A DNA stretch of 32,000 bases from NCBI RefSeq assembly GCF_000698785.1, contig NZ_CP007536.1, positions 1,260,001 to 1,292,000 of the forward strand. The letters run 5' to 3'. The stretch comes from Nitrososphaera viennensis EN76. Its GTDB lineage: Archaea; Thermoproteota; Nitrososphaeria; Nitrososphaerales; Nitrososphaeraceae. Below are positions 31,015 through 32,000 of this stretch, piece by piece. Position numbers and translations under genes: made by a program. The stretch's first letter is position 1. Each line of letters begins with the position of its first letter. Under the pieces are notes generated by a model. The model did not search any database. It was not told where the DNA came from and saw only the letters and a list, made by a program, of their open reading frames with translations.

Positions 31015-32000
31015 TTAGCAATTCGGCCTTGATAGGCTAAAGCGCTTGTATTTCGCTGCAACTAAGAGTGATCCTATTGTTAGCGCTGCGATTGCTGTAG
31101 CGATGGATGAACCAAATTCTGGAGTCACTGTAGTCCCTACGATTTCAATTAATACAGCTGAACGATGATCTGTTGTATCGTCTGTGATGTTGACGATTGA
31201 CCATCCTTCAATTTTGTCAATGTCAGCCTTTATCTTGCTACAAAACTCCTCGGTCTGTGTTGTGAGACAGTCTTTGGATTCTTCGGTAGGGTACAACTGT
31301 GTTCCATTGATAAAAATAGCCATGTCTCCGTCTATGAGACTGCTTGGAAGGTACAGCATCACGTCTCTTTCTCCAATTCTGTCCCCGGCCCTCGGTCCTT
31401 GAAGGGTCATAGAAAGCGTCTTTGTATTCTCGTCGATTTTGGGTCCGTCAGTTATTGCCTCGTACCCAACGCTCAAGAATAAGTTATACTGAGGATTTCC
31501 GTACTGGCTGATAGGCTGCGCAACTCCACTCACGGGCCCTTCCACTATTGGTATCGTATTGGAAGGAATGGTACAAGGCTTGCTGTTGCAGATTTCAGTA
31601 AAAGTTAGATAGAGACCAGAATTTATTGGGTTGAAGTCGATGCCAGATGCCTGAATGCCACTGTTTATGACGTGAGCCATAATAGTTCCATCCCTATTTA
31701 GGACGCCTCCTCTCTCGTAACAGGCACCATTCACATGACCTTCATTTGTTGAAGAAAGGAGGGTTTGATTCCTTGTTCCATCAGGCGATATTGCAACCAA
31801 TGGTCCTCCACATCGATAGTAGCCCACCGAATAAACTATTGCTGAATCATTCATGACCCATCGTGGGAATGCAATAGAGTAAGCTTGCTTCCATATTACC
31901 TTTGAAGAAATGACGTAAGGATTATTGTCAGCCTGTACACCAGCCGAGTCAGTCGAATTATCACGATTGTTCTGGCCAAGCTTCAGGGTAACAATCTCAT
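31015..32000 (-). CDS. secreted/surface protein with a PEFG-CTERM-type archaeosortase sorting signal, partial (5' end beyond the window)
   Basis: The track lists 31015..31854 from an internal Met. My translation of the same frame stays open to base 31998 (…EIVTLKLGQNNRDNSTDSAGVQADNNPYVISSKVIWKQAYSIAFPRWVMNDS…). The listed N-terminus also has no signal peptide. The C-terminus is PEFG (31111..31122), then a TM helix (SSIATAIAALTIGSLLVAA), then a basic patch (KYKR). Confidence 0.75.
   Translation of the reverse strand, partial: EIVTLKLGQNNRDNSTDSAGVQADNNPYVISSKVIWKQAYSIAFPRWVMNDSAIVYSVGYYRCGGPLVAISPDGTRNQTLLSSTNEGHVNGACYERGGVLNRDGTIMAHVINSGIQASGIDFNPINSGLYLTFTEICNSKPCTIPSNTIPIVEGPVSGVAQPISQYGNPQYNLFLSVGYEAITDGPKIDENTKTLSMTLQGPRAGDRIGERDVMLYLPSSLIDGDMAIFINGTQLYPTEESKDCLTTQTEEFCSKIKADIDKIEGWSIVNITDDTTDHRSAVLIEIVGTTVTPEFGSSIATAIAALTIGSLLVAAKYKRFSLSRPNC

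Noticed and set aside
30201-32000. Possible integrated element at the tRNA gene, since a tRNA is followed by AT-rich DNA and a surface-protein gene
   Set aside because: There is no integrase. I could find no direct repeat of the tRNA 3' end downstream within the window. The compositional shift alone is insufficient.
1-32000. CRISPR arrays, rRNA genes, and transposase or integrase genes
   Set aside because: No regularly spaced direct repeats, rRNA-like sequence or recombinase-like ORFs were seen anywhere in the window.

Overview
The gene content points to a chromosomal segment of an ammonia-oxidising thaumarchaeon, probably Nitrososphaera-like. Supporting genes are a eukaryote-type topoisomerase IB, a thermosome, ureABC, an SSS-type putative urea transporter and a PEFG-CTERM surface protein. 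Many genes have A/T-rich TATA boxes about 25-35 nt upstream of the start codon. The left half (about 2.8-16.6 kb) is a urea and metal neighbourhood. In order it holds the SSS transporter, an orphan ParB-like protein, and an arginase-family ureohydrolase coupled to a divergent UreA-like paralog. These are followed by a TroA/ZnuABC-type metal ABC importer whose permease has a His-rich tail, and a visibly AT-rich islet carrying a 157-bp MITE-like element. Next come nikR, a thermosome paralog with a His-rich C-terminal tail, and ureABC with no ureDEFG in the window. The right half is mostly housekeeping: citrate synthase, an LLM oxidoreductase, a beta-CASP nuclease, purN, an MFS transporter, a UbiE-like methyltransferase, a DUF1998 helicase and topoisomerase IB. 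It also holds a membrane-anchored winged-helix protein, two C2H2 zinc-finger proteins flanking a tRNA(CAT), and a surface protein that runs off the window end. The main non-coding signals are these. (1) Four 28-bp palindromes of the form GTAWTA-N16-TAWTAC, resembling the E. coli NikR operator, each centred 32-38 nt upstream of a start codon. (2) A 9-mer, GTAGWTTAC, found nine times, always intergenic, concentrated around the ParB-like and ureohydrolase genes and also upstream of ureA. (3) A 23-bp palindromic TATA element shared 22/23 by the transporter promoter and the gene after ureC. No CRISPR array, rRNA or obvious prophage was seen. All calls come from reading the sequence and the ORF track by eye. 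No database search was possible.
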